Shown: positions 9,309 through 18,000 of the stretch, piece by piece
Position numbering within the stretch: position 1 is the first letter of the stretch
Layout: each line of letters starts with the position of its first letter
Source of the DNA: a virus
Length of the DNA: 64,000 nucleotides
IMG/VR virus record: IMGVR_UViG_3300018875_000001
Strand: one strand, 5' to 3'
The notes under the pieces: model-generated
What the model was told of the DNA's origin: nothing
What the model saw: only the letters and a program-made list of their open reading frames with translations
Database searches by the model: none
Program-made: the position numbers and the translations under genes

Positions 9309-10571
9309 ATGAAAAAAGTCAGAGGAAAAATTAATTGGGAAGCCTATCCTGAAGCTGTTCAGGAAATTTTGCAACTTCGAGAAAAAGGGGAGAGCTATCC
9401 CATTATTGCTAAAATCATCAACAAGAAATTTCAACTCAATGCAAACCATCATATCATTAAACGAGTCTATAACAAGTACATGTTGCAATCCTTAAAATCT
9501 AAGACTCACTCCGCTTCAGAAAGGATTGCCCATGAAAAAGATGAATGGAATGTTTCATACAAAGAAAGTGTAGAAATCAGCGGTGATGGAACGCATAGAA
9601 GTGATAAATTATTACGCATGTCAGCAGAACAATCAAAAGATGTGAATTACTTATTAGAAGCACATGGATATGATAAAGAAGAATGGGAGCTTGTATCTGC
9701 TCGAAATAATATTTGGAACACATACAGTAAACAAGATGGCATTATGGTGTTATATGCAAGTAAAATCACCGTAAAACCAAAGAATACAAAATTCTCGATG
9801 GAAAAACTACTTGATTCAATTAAAGAAGTGCCATCTGTATGGATTCCAACCGAACCAGTAGTTTTAGAAGAAAAACGACTTCTAGAGATTCCTTTCTTTG
9901 ATGCTCACTTTGGTATTTCTGATTACGAATATTACCGTCAAACACAATATGATACACTGCATATTATCCGATCTCGAAAATGGGAAGAAATCTTATTCGT
10001 TATTGGACAAGATATGCTGCATAATGATAATTTCCGAGGTCAAACAGCAAACGGAACTCTCATACAAGAAGTCGATATGATTCAGGCATGGGAAGACTGT
10101 AAAAAATTTTATTATCCTCTTATTGAAGAAGCTATCCGACAGGCTCATTCTGTCAAACTTATTTTCTCTAAAGGAAATCATGATGAATCTATGGGGTGGG
10201 CCTTTGTTCAGTTATTAAAAGAACGATACCCACAAGTAAGTGTAGACGATAGCTTTATAGAGCGAAAAGCCCATGTATTTGGAAAAGTGTTTATTGGAAT
10301 CACTCACGGAGATAAAGCACGAAAAAACTTGCATAATTTGTTTCCTGTTGAGTTTCCGGACTTATGGAGTCAAGCTAAAACACGAGAGATTCATACCGGA
10401 CACATCCATAAAGAAGATGGCCAAGATATATTCGGCATGATGGTTCGCACTTTATCTACTCGAAATAAAACGGATAAATGGCACAAAGATAACGGATTTG
10501 TCGGTGCTCATAAACGGTTTATGTTATTTGAATACAATGAGGAAGAATTAAAAAGCATTCACTACGTCTAA
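9309..10571 (+). CDS. Calcineurin-like metallophosphoesterase with an N-terminal HTH-like region
   Basis: Ordered MPE motifs: FFDAHFG, IGQDMLHND, KGNHDES, ITHGD, TGHIHKED. SD AAGGTGGA. Confidence 0.6.
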   Translation: MKKVRGKINWEAYPEAVQEILQLREKGESYPIIAKIINKKFQLNANHHIIKRVYNKYMLQSLKSKTHSASERIAHEKDEWNVSYKESVEISGDGTHRSDKLLRMSAEQSKDVNYLLEAHGYDKEEWELVSARNNIWNTYSKQDGIMVLYASKITVKPKNTKFSMEKLLDSIKEVPSVWIPTEPVVLEEKRLLEIPFFDAHFGISDYEYYRQTQYDTLHIIRSRKWEEILFVIGQDMLHNDNFRGQTANGTLIQEVDMIQAWEDCKKFYYPLIEEAIRQAHSVKLIFSKGNHDESMGWAFVQLLKERYPQVSVDDSFIERKAHVFGKVFIGITHGDKARKNLHNLFPVEFPDLWSQAKTREIHTGHIHKEDGQDIFGMMVRTLSTRNKTDKWHKDNGFVGAHKRFMLFEYNEEELKSIHYV

Positions 10572-10583
10572 GGAGGAAGCTAT

Positions 10584-10703
10584 ATGCAATGCCCTGACTG
10601 CTATGAATACTTTACTAAATGTCCATGCTGTGATACGTGGTTTTGTCCAAAATGTGAAATGACAGAAGAAGAATTAGAAGAGAGGGAATTAGATGAAATT
10701 TGA
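10584..10703 (+). CDS. 39-aa zinc-ribbon peptide
   Basis: MQCPDCYEYFTKCPCCDTWFCPKCEMTEEELEERELDEI*. SD AAGGAGGAAGC before ATG 10584. Below the ORF-track cutoff. Confidence 0.35.
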   Translation: MQCPDCYEYFTKCPCCDTWFCPKCEMTEEELEERELDEI

Positions 10704-10926
10704 AATCAACATAGGTTGGTCATGGGTTCTTCACAAGGTTCGCCTGGCTTTCCTTGTGGGCATCTTTTATATCCTCTATGTCTATGTCGCACCGGTATGG
10801 GCGTTTATGTGGATTGCTTACTTTATTCTCAATGACTTATGGGAAATTGTACTAGACCTTGAAACATTAAGAGAGGAGAAAACACAAATATGGAAAAATA
10901 TCTCGCACAGACGCAAGGACTTTTAG
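10693..10926 (+). CDS. small membrane protein
   Basis: Two hydrophobic helices (LAFLVGIFYILYVYVAPVWAFMWIAYFIL). Overlaps its neighbours. Confidence 0.45.
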   Translation: MKFEINIGWSWVLHKVRLAFLVGIFYILYVYVAPVWAFMWIAYFILNDLWEIVLDLETLREEKTQIWKNISHRRKDF

Positions 10927-11129
10927 GACTCTTTGAAGCAACCATGAGTGAAAGCGAACATAAACGAGCCAAAGAAGTAGCTGAAGAAATTTGGGATGCA
11001 ATGCGCCCAGTTATTGAGAAGCATAAATTAAACTTGCATGAAACCATGACAGCTGTCCTTACTTGTCATTTAGCCATCATGCAAATAGCGTGGGAACAAA
11101 TCAATGAATACAAAAAGGAGATGGAATAA
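10890..11129 (+). CDS. hypothetical protein
   Basis: SD GAGAGGAG upstream. No motif recognised. Confidence 0.5.
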   Translation: MEKYLAQTQGLLGLFEATMSESEHKRAKEVAEEIWDAMRPVIEKHKLNLHETMTAVLTCHLAIMQIAWEQINEYKKEME

Positions 11130-11134
11130 TCAAA

Positions 11135-11725
11135 ATGACATCAACTTTACTAACCCATTTGAATAAAATCTTTTGTTTAATGGGACCATCTGGAGCCGGA
11201 AAAGATACTATTGTTCACAGTCTTCCTCTTCCAAGAGTCATCTCTTACCGCACTCGCCCCATTCGAAAAGGCGAAATCGATGGTGTGCATGGACATTTTA
11301 TTGATCGTGAAACATTCTTATCCATGGATGAACAACATTTATGGATTGCAAAAACAAAGTATGCCGATCATTTTTATGGCATTACTCAAGGGGAATTATT
11401 AGAGCTAGAAGAAAAGCCAATGATGTATGTCGTTGATTGGGAAGGGGTTGTAACCCTAAAAGAATCCTTTTCCAAAATGGAAGGATATGATCCTTCTCAA
11501 ATTGTAAGCATCTTTATTCATACTCCAAGAGAAGAATTAGAGGCTCGCATGTATAAACAAGGAAGAGGCAAGCAAGAGATTCGTGCCCGACTAGATCGAG
11601 CAGATCGAGATTATGCTGTCAGCAAAAAATGTGATTATGTGGTAGAAAATCTGAATGGAGAACTACATAAAACCCTATATGAAATTATGAAAATCATTTT
11701 AAAAGAAAGCTTTAAAACCACATAA
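11135..11725 (+). CDS. gmk: Guanylate kinase-like nucleoside monophosphate kinase
   Basis: P-loop GPSGAGKDT. ISYRTRPIRKGEIDGVHGHFIDRETF matches the guanylate kinase signature (S.TTR.PR.GE.DG..Y.F). Confidence 0.8.
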   Translation: MTSTLLTHLNKIFCLMGPSGAGKDTIVHSLPLPRVISYRTRPIRKGEIDGVHGHFIDRETFLSMDEQHLWIAKTKYADHFYGITQGELLELEEKPMMYVVDWEGVVTLKESFSKMEGYDPSQIVSIFIHTPREELEARMYKQGRGKQEIRARLDRADRDYAVSKKCDYVVENLNGELHKTLYEIMKIILKESFKTT

Positions 11726-11738
11726 AGAGGAGTTTCTG

Positions 11739-11948
11739 ATGAAAATAATGAAGCATTTTAAACAGCATCGTAAACATTACCTTATAATGGAATTGACCTT
11801 TTTTCTCTTCATGATTATTCTAGAGTGGTATCGGCAACAAGAGTACACACTGGTCGCATGGATATGTAGCGTCATTGGAATATTATGCTTACTGGATTTG
11901 GCCTTACTATATTGGTTATATCCTTGCAAAGAAAATAAGGATAATTAA
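11739..11948 (+). CDS. small membrane protein
   Basis: SD AAAGAGGAG. Two TM segments. Confidence 0.5.
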   Translation: MKIMKHFKQHRKHYLIMELTFFLFMIILEWYRQQEYTLVAWICSVIGILCLLDLALLYWLYPCKENKDN

Positions 11949-11986
11949 GAAACCCCCCACCTTAATTGGTAGGGGGTTTCTTTTTT
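11949..11986 (+). terminator. Rho-independent terminator
   Basis: GAAACCCCC...GGGGGTTTC 9-bp stem followed by TTTTTT (11981-11986). Confidence 0.8.
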
Positions 11987-12008
11987 AGTTTTAGGGTTGT
12001 CATTACTG

Positions 12009-12167
12009 TCACAATATATTATATTTATCTAATTTTTCCAATATGTCAATAACATCTTCTTTTTTTATCCCTATTTCTTCTAATTCTTCAAATAAAAGTG
12101 GGTCACAAGTCTCCAGTTTTTGTTTCCACTCAGGTTCTGGCGTAAACAGCCATGATGAGAAACCCAT
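12009..12167 (-). CDS. hypothetical acidic 52-aa protein (lone minus-strand gene in the plus block)
   Basis: ORF 12009-12227. Internal ATG 12167 is preceded by GGAGGTGAAAC. Confidence 0.4.
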   Translation of the reverse strand: MGFSSWLFTPEPEWKQKLETCDPLLFEELEEIGIKKEDVIDILEKLDKYNIL

Positions 12168-12215
12168 AAAAGTTTCACCTCCATTGTCATAAGACGGGCT
12201 ACACCTCTCTATATA

Positions 12216-12242
12216 TATAATACACAACTGTAATGCATTTCA
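12216..12242 (+). promoter_or_regulatory. TATAAT box followed by a palindrome variant TGTAATGCATTTCA, upstream of the FtsK module
   Basis: TATAAT at 12216-12221. 14-mer at 12229-12242 (13/14 match to the consensus). Confidence 0.4.
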
Positions 12243-12268
12243 TACGACAAAAACGGAGGAATACAAAA

Positions 12269-12418
12269 ATGGAAGGCATCGTTCTCTTGGTAGGTCAGAT
12301 TGGTGTTGTTTTAGCTGGTTTTATAGGCACAGCTTCCGCCATCAGCTGGTATCACAACGTAGGAGGGAAGAAAAATGACAGATCTAGTAGTCCGTTGTCA
12401 AGCAAGAACGTACGATAA
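12269..12418 (+). CDS. 49-aa membrane peptide
   Basis: ATG 12269 after ACGGAGGAA. MEGIVLLVGQIGVVLAGFIGTASAISWY... Overlaps the next CDS. Confidence 0.35.
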   Translation: MEGIVLLVGQIGVVLAGFIGTASAISWYHNVGGKKNDRSSSPLSSKNVR

Positions 12419-12926
12419 TCGACTGATTCAAGTTGTTGTATCAGAATCAAAGAAATCTGCAACCATCGATAAGGATGATTATTATACACCTTTTATTCAA
12501 GCAGCGGCAAAGGAGGTGAAACAGTACCCCCTCATTACGCAAAGAAAAATATTTCAACTATTGACAGCCGCACAAATCGGACTCAGTTCTCTCGTTGTTA
12601 CCACCGAAGCCCACGCCGAGGAGAGAATCCAATTTCCGATTCTCGAGAAGGCATACGAATTAGATATTCTTCCAAGCGAGATTGTGAATCTTCTTATTCA
12701 GATGATTATCGGGTGCGGGATTCTCGCAGTCGCTTTCGCCATGCTATGCTTCATGATCGCAGGAACGTATGCCATGATCGGACAAGTGGACAAAGCACGA
12801 ACATGGTCTGTCAACATCATCAAAGGACTCGGGCAAGTATTAGTGGGTCCAGCCATTATTCTACTGTTAACAACTTTAGCCGGACTCATATTCCGCAATG
12901 TTCCCGGCTTAGACATCTTCTTTTAA
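12375..12926 (+). CDS. membrane protein with signal-like segment and C-terminal double-TM hairpin (VirB2/TrbC-pilin-like topology; tentative)
   Basis: SD AGGAGGG. ...LLTAAQIGLSSLVVTTEAHA/EE, then two long hydrophobic helices. The function is inferred from topology only. Confidence 0.4.
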   Translation: MTDLVVRCQARTYDNRLIQVVVSESKKSATIDKDDYYTPFIQAAAKEVKQYPLITQRKIFQLLTAAQIGLSSLVVTTEAHAEERIQFPILEKAYELDILPSEIVNLLIQMIIGCGILAVAFAMLCFMIAGTYAMIGQVDKARTWSVNIIKGLGQVLVGPAIILLLTTLAGLIFRNVPGLDIFF

Positions 12927-12928
12927 GA

Positions 12929-13963
12929 GTGGGAGTACCGTTTTCTGTCTTATCTCTAAATGCCGTTCCACAAACTGCATCGGCACATACATGGTTCAAT
13001 CCTATTCATTTTATTCCGGGAGCTGAAGAAACACTAAACAAATGGGACATCATCGCCAACCATGTTGTGAATGTCATTGAATGGTTCAAACATTTCCGTG
13101 AAAATATCTTACAAGTTTCAGTGGATTTCATGACATGGAGTTTTGAAGCAATTACAAACGTGGTCTTGTTTACACCTGTTATCTTTTTTAAATCAGAGTG
13201 GTTTTCCAATAACATTCTTATGTTTACTGGACTGTCAGTGGCAATGTCATCTGTTCTTACCATGTTTGAGGGCATAAAACGAATCCTAAACAAAAATCAC
13301 ACCAAAATGGATCGCATCTCATGGCGATTTCCACTTGTAATTTTAGGAGCCGGACTTGCACCTTTAGGATTTCAAACCATCTTTTCGATCTTAAATGAAT
13401 TGACAGAAATGATTATCAGCATCACCAGAGCCCAAATGAATGAGGGTTTAAAATCAATGGAATTTAGTGAAGCTGCCTTTTATGAGTTTCTTGCTTTTAT
13501 TGGTTTTGATATTGCTTTAATTGGTATGATGATTCCTATTTTTCTGCAAAACTTTCGACGGTGGTTTGATATTTTAGCATTAGGGGCTATAACTCCAATT
13601 GCACTATCTTGTTGGATGTTTAAATCTTATGAGCATTATTTTCGCATATGGTGGGAGCATTTAAAAAAATGTTCACTTGTTCAATTAGTGTATGCGGTTT
13701 TTCTTTTACTTATTGGAGGGTTAATGTTTGGAGCTAAGCCGCCCGATGATGAAGGAGAACTTTTGATTAAAATGGGAATTGTCATAGGAGGATTATGGCG
13801 CATGAGCCAACCACCTGCCATTTTACGCCGCTACTTGGATACAGGAACGGACATTAAAGGAATGTGGAAAGGAGCTGGAGATGCTATCACACCACATCCA
13901 CTTCTACGAAAAGGATTCCAATTATTTAAAAAATCATCTACTTCAAGAGGAGGCACAAAATAG
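12929..13963 (+). CDS. polytopic membrane protein (VirB6/TrbL-like by topology; tentative)
   Basis: Frame of ORF 12713-13963. The part before 12929 overlaps the previous CDS. GTG 12929 gives a signal-like start, VPFSVLSLNAVPQTASA/H. At least 6 hydrophobic segments. Confidence 0.45.
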   Translation: MGVPFSVLSLNAVPQTASAHTWFNPIHFIPGAEETLNKWDIIANHVVNVIEWFKHFRENILQVSVDFMTWSFEAITNVVLFTPVIFFKSEWFSNNILMFTGLSVAMSSVLTMFEGIKRILNKNHTKMDRISWRFPLVILGAGLAPLGFQTIFSILNELTEMIISITRAQMNEGLKSMEFSEAAFYEFLAFIGFDIALIGMMIPIFLQNFRRWFDILALGAITPIALSCWMFKSYEHYFRIWWEHLKKCSLVQLVYAVFLLLIGGLMFGAKPPDDEGELLIKMGIVIGGLWRMSQPPAILRRYLDTGTDIKGMWKGAGDAITPHPLLRKGFQLFKKSSTSRGGTK

Positions 13964-13964
13964 A

Positions 13965-14081
13965 ATGGAAGTATTATTAGTGGCTGGAACCATTATGATT
14001 ATGACCAACACTATGGTGCTGTTAATGTTAGCACCTACTATTTTAAAAGAGGTGAAGCATGGTGCCACTCGGAAATTTTAA
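13965..14081 (+). CDS. 38-aa single-TM peptide
   Basis: ATG 13965 after AGAGGAGG. MEVLLVAGTIMIMTNTMVLLMLAPTIL... Confidence 0.3.
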   Translation: MEVLLVAGTIMIMTNTMVLLMLAPTILKEVKHGATRKF

Positions 14082-16365
14082 ACGACTCTTTCAACCTAGT
14101 TTAATTCAAAACGAAAAAGACGTATCTTATCATTTGCCTTCTTTATCACGAGCAGAAGCAAAAGCCCTTCTCTCCGCTCCCTTAGCGGGGGGAGGGGTCT
14201 TTGGCCTAGAAGCCCACCAAACAAAAGACCATGAAAGTCTTATTTTTTTTGCTCCGCCTTACTATAAAGTGGAATGGAACCTCGCAGACCGAGACGCTGT
14301 TTTTGAAAATCTTGAAACCTATAAAAAACAAATCACCATCATGCAACTATATACGAGTAAATCCTCATTGTTTCCTCTCTCCATTGAATATACTCAGTCT
14401 TTTTGGGAACAGGTTCGGCAATTTGCAGCTGATGATATCGGAATTATTTATCAAATTGTACTTGCATACCGACAAGACCGATGGAAAGAACGAATCAAGG
14501 AGCAATATCAACTGTATCTAAGTGGAATCCAATCTCCCGCTGATCAAAAATGGGTACGCAGTATTCAAAATCGAATTAATCACTCCTTAGATCATCTCTT
14601 GCAATGGGAGTTCAAATATGCCCCTATTCCTGAAGTGGAACAGAAACTAAAAGAAAATGGATTTCGATATAGTATTCGGCTCATTCTTTATGGCGGTAAT
14701 CGAGCGAGGCGAAGAAAACTAATACATGAAATACAACAAATTTTACGAACCATGGAGTATATCAATGAATGGAAAGTGAATACCTTTTTTGCGTTTGACG
14801 ATATTATTCAGAATATCCAAAAACGCAAGCTCGATAATGTAGGAAAGCAACAAGTCTTATGTGTATCCGAATTGCTGCCATTTCTGATGTCCGAACATGT
14901 AGTGTACATTGAAAAACCGGCCATAAAAAAGGTAACAAAAACAAAGGTAAAAAATCCATTCGATCTCCTGCCGATAGGCAAGAAAATTCAACAAGTCGAT
15001 GGGAGTCAAATAGCTCAAAAATTTGTTTACGCTCTCCAAGAGTTAAAGGTAATTAAAGAAGAAATTGTTGCTAAACGAGTTCAATGTGGGCCAATCATGA
15101 TGAAAATCACCTTTGATTTACCGAAGGGGATGCGTCTTTCGGATATAACAAAGAAAAATATGATTGAGGATATTCAGACTCATATGGGAGTCAAACATCT
15201 ACAGATCTTACAAGGGGAGGATACGGGAGAATTCGATATTATGTTGCCACAAGAAAAAAGGCAAAAAATCTTTTTACGAGATTATGTGGATACCTCTGAA
15301 TTTATGGAGTTTGCCGGACAACATCCACTTCCATTCTTTGTAGGGGTGGACGAAATAGGACGCTCCATTTTTCGTTGTCTAAGTGAAATTCGTCATATTC
15401 TTGTAGCAGGAACAACCGGATCCGGCAAAAGCGTGTGGATGAATCAACTTATTCTTACCTTGTTATTAATTCGCAAACCCGATGAACTTCAATTTTATAT
15501 GATTGATCTAAAACAAGTGGAACTCACCTGCTTTCAAGATTTCCCTCATGTGCGAGAAGTCATCACAGATGCGAACAAAGCTATTCACCTACTTAGGAAA
15601 ATCCAAAAAGAGATGGACAGACGTTATCAATTATTTAGTGAAACAGGAGTAAAAAACATTGCCTTGTATAATAGAAAACATCCTCATCAAAAGCTCCCTT
15701 ATATTGTGTGCATTATTGATGAATATGCGGAATTAGCATTACGAACGGATAGTATACATGAACTCGTTCAAAGTATGGCACAACTCGCAAGGGCTGCTGG
15801 CATCCACTTGATTATTGCAACCCAAGATCCACGAGTTGAAGTAATCCCAGGAATTATTAAGTCCAACATGCCGGGGAAAATCGGTTTCCGTTGCTCTAAT
15901 GGAAACAGTTATCTAACATTTTTAAATACGAAACCACCTTTTAACCTATTAGGAAACGGGGATGGGGTCATGAGCTTTGAGGGGCAAATAGAGGAGCATA
16001 TTCGCTTTCAGGGATGTCTGATTATCGATGATCCCAAAAACGAAGGGCTTGAAAGTCAGTTGATTGCACAAATCGCAAGTCATATGGACGACTATGAAGG
16101 AGTAGATTTACCAGAATTAGAGGAAACAGAAGAAGTGCATATAGAAGAAACAGAGACAGAAATAGACCGACTTAAACGCATTATTGCTCAAACAGGGGAA
16201 ACAAGGGTATCACAACTAAGGGAAATGATGAAAATTAACATCAATCGATTGAATGATTTGATGAGGGAACTCGCAGAAGAAGGGTGGCTGCAAAAGCCAG
16301 AATCCAAACAGCAAGGATACCAATTAATTGCACCAGAAGAGGAATTGGAAAAGTGGAGACAATAA
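14059..16365 (+). CDS. FtsK/SpoIIIE-family dsDNA translocase ATPase, soluble, with a gamma-like C-terminal wHTH
   Basis: Walker A VAGTTGSGKSV, Walker B CIIDEYAEL, IIATQDPR. C-terminal RVSQLREMMKININRLNDLMRELAEEGWL resembles the FtsK gamma domain. No TM segment seen in the N-terminal ~400 aa. Confidence 0.85.
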   Translation: MVPLGNFKRLFQPSLIQNEKDVSYHLPSLSRAEAKALLSAPLAGGGVFGLEAHQTKDHESLIFFAPPYYKVEWNLADRDAVFENLETYKKQITIMQLYTSKSSLFPLSIEYTQSFWEQVRQFAADDIGIIYQIVLAYRQDRWKERIKEQYQLYLSGIQSPADQKWVRSIQNRINHSLDHLLQWEFKYAPIPEVEQKLKENGFRYSIRLILYGGNRARRRKLIHEIQQILRTMEYINEWKVNTFFAFDDIIQNIQKRKLDNVGKQQVLCVSELLPFLMSEHVVYIEKPAIKKVTKTKVKNPFDLLPIGKKIQQVDGSQIAQKFVYALQELKVIKEEIVAKRVQCGPIMMKITFDLPKGMRLSDITKKNMIEDIQTHMGVKHLQILQGEDTGEFDIMLPQEKRQKIFLRDYVDTSEFMEFAGQHPLPFFVGVDEIGRSIFRCLSEIRHILVAGTTGSGKSVWMNQLILTLLLIRKPDELQFYMIDLKQVELTCFQDFPHVREVITDANKAIHLLRKIQKEMDRRYQLFSETGVKNIALYNRKHPHQKLPYIVCIIDEYAELALRTDSIHELVQSMAQLARAAGIHLIIATQDPRVEVIPGIIKSNMPGKIGFRCSNGNSYLTFLNTKPPFNLLGNGDGVMSFEGQIEEHIRFQGCLIIDDPKNEGLESQLIAQIASHMDDYEGVDLPELEETEEVHIEETETEIDRLKRIIAQTGETRVSQLREMMKININRLNDLMRELAEEGWLQKPESKQQGYQLIAPEEELEKWRQ

Positions 16366-16378
16366 TCTCCACTTTTTT
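16353..16378 (+). terminator. Rho-independent terminator
   Basis: GTGGAGA-caataa-TCTCCAC followed by TTTTTT. The stop codon lies in the loop. Confidence 0.7.
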
Positions 16379-16579
16379 GTGGTATTTTACAGAATAGCAA
16401 AACTATGATACTATGAAAAGAGAGAGAAAAAACAAAATTCTACAAAAATAGACAGGAAAAAACCCTTTACTTAGGGGGTAAAGGGTTCGAAAGGTAATAT
16501 GCGCATATACAATATTCAACTATCTTTATTATAATGCGTATTCCTTTCCCTGTCAAAAAGGAAAGGAGATTTTTTTCGA

Positions 16580-17131
16580 ATGGAACACGAAAAACTGAAT
16601 ATCTTTGATCCGAATGTCATTTACTACGTGCAACTGCCAACAGGAAAGACTCGGAGATTGAGTGAAGAAGAACTAGAAAAAATAACACTCAATTCCCCCA
16701 ACAACATTCCTGAGTTAAACGGTAAAAAGACATGGATCAGTAACTACGTTGCTACGTTCTGGATGCCGTTTATGAAGCCAGGGCCATTTGCGGTTTACGT
16801 TCAATTGCAGAAAATGGCATATGGGGATAAAGATCATGCATTTCCATCTGTTCCGTATTTAGCCATGATTCTGGGTATTAGTGAACGAACTGTACAAAAT
16901 TACATTGATCATTTGGTGGATCTGGGATTCGTAATTGTATTAGAACGGTTTGAAGCACAAAGCAACCGGCAGCTAAGTAATTTATATTTGCTATCAACAA
17001 CGACTCCGTTTCTTCCTAGGGAGAAGTATGAGAAGTTGCCGAAGAAGTTACAAAGAGAACATGACCGATTTATGGATTACATAAAGTTTAAAAAGATTTT
17101 ACACGAAGAACGAATTCCTGACTATGAGTGA
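16580..17131 (+). CDS. wHTH replication-initiator-like protein (RepA_N / DnaD-HTH_36-like)
   Basis: ...AFPSVPYLAMILGISERTVQNYIDHLVDLGFVIVLER...NLYLL follows the pattern of Firmicutes plasmid/ICE initiator N-domains. Lies immediately upstream of DnaA boxes and iterons. Confidence 0.45.
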   Translation: MEHEKLNIFDPNVIYYVQLPTGKTRRLSEEELEKITLNSPNNIPELNGKKTWISNYVATFWMPFMKPGPFAVYVQLQKMAYGDKDHAFPSVPYLAMILGISERTVQNYIDHLVDLGFVIVLERFEAQSNRQLSNLYLLSTTTPFLPREKYEKLPKKLQREHDRFMDYIKFKKILHEERIPDYE

Positions 17132-17159
17132 TTAGCCCGCATTAGCGGGCTATTTTTTT
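17132..17159 (+). terminator. Rho-independent terminator
   Basis: TAGCCCGC-atta-GCGGGCTA followed by TTTTTTT. Confidence 0.8.
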
Positions 17160-17169
17160 ATGCTATTTT

Positions 17170-17193
17170 CTATCCACAAAAATCTGTGGATAT
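17170..17193. promoter_or_regulatory. Pair of inverted DnaA-box-like 9-mers
   Basis: CTATCCACA (17170-17178) and TGTGGATAT (17185-17193; reverse complement ATATCCACA). Each matches TTATCCACA at 8/9 positions. Confidence 0.45.
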
Positions 17194-17202
17194 GTGTATA
17201 AA

Positions 17203-17412
17203 AGGGGATGAAAATTTTACAGGGGGGAAACCGGGTGAAAAAATTGCAGGGGGATATCTAGGGGGTGAAAATTTTACAGGGGGATATTTAGGGGGTGAAA
17301 AATTTGCAGGGGGATTTATACACAAGAGGGGAGGGTGAAAATTTTACGGGGGTGTAATTTTTTCAGGGAAAGGATGAAAAATCTGCGGGGAACGACTGAA
17401 AAATCTGCATCC
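17203..17412. repeat. Iteron array: 6-7 direct repeats of about GGTGAAAA(A/T)TT(T/G)(A/C)(C/A)(A/G)GGGGGAT, spaced ~30 bp (candidate replication origin)
   Basis: Copies start near 17204, 17231, 17261, 17291, 17328 and 17364, with a degenerate copy near 17393. 17261 and 17291 are 30 bp apart and nearly identical. Confidence 0.7.
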
Positions 17413-17618
17413 GAATAAATACTAAGAAGAAGAAAGTCAATTTGAAGAAGTTTTTTAATGAATATCCCTTGTCTACCTTTTCTCTGATAAAAGACATTGC
17501 AGTTAGAACTATGTTCTAAATGCACAGTCGAAATGAGAGTGCAAGGGAAATTCATAAGAAGAAGAAATGGAGACAAAAAAAGCAAATGCGACAATGCATC
17601 TGCTTCGTGATTGGATAC

Positions 17619-17843
17619 TTATTTTTTTAACATGAATCGTGGAATGGCATAGAAAAGAGCTGAAAGGGCTAAACCGACCAAAAAACTACCTAATGTAGCA
17701 TTCGGATCAAAAAATGAACCAATGGCTGAGCACAAAAACATAGTGCCCAGAATATTTGGAATCAAACCTTTCCACCCATGCATCATATGTAACTTCCAAA
17801 AAGCTATGACTAAGATAAAGAATAAAATTGTGCTGAGACTCAT
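17619..17843 (-). CDS. small membrane protein (2-3 TM)
   Basis: SD GGAGGAATAAG. Hydrophobic throughout. Confidence 0.5.
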   Translation of the reverse strand: MSLSTILFFILVIAFWKLHMMHGWKGLIPNILGTMFLCSAIGSFFDPNATLGSFLVGLALSALFYAIPRFMLKK

Positions 17844-18000
17844 CTTATTCCTCCTACTAAATCAAGTAAAAAGAAGACCTATGCCTTAAAAGCAAAGGTC
17901 TCAAAGTTTGGTGAATACAAAGTTATAAAATAACTAGGTTGGAAGATAATAAAAGAGACAGCATCATTATATCCAATCCTAAGCGATTCGTCTAGAAAAA

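Noticed and set aside
12713-12928. 5' part of ORF 12713-13963 overlapping CDS 12375-12926.
   Set aside because: It lies out of frame inside a better-supported CDS and gives an Arg/Ser/His-rich translation without an SD. The membrane protein more plausibly starts at GTG 12929 with a signal-like N-terminus.
16462-16495. GGTTCGAA within a hairpin (AACCCTTTAC...GTAAAGGGTTCGAAAGG) looked like a tRNA T-arm.
   Set aside because: No acceptor stem, D-arm or anticodon arm can be drawn around it. It is a simple 10-bp hairpin in the rep upstream region. I found no tRNA genes in the window.
17203-17412. The direct repeat array as a possible CRISPR.
   Set aside because: The repeats are imperfect, lack a CRISPR-like repeat-spacer organisation, have no cas genes nearby, and sit next to an initiator-like gene and DnaA boxes. 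I interpret them as iterons.
17316-17594. 92-aa minus-strand ORF.
   Set aside because: It runs across the iteron array and gives a low-complexity translation with no SD. It is more likely a by-product of the repeats.
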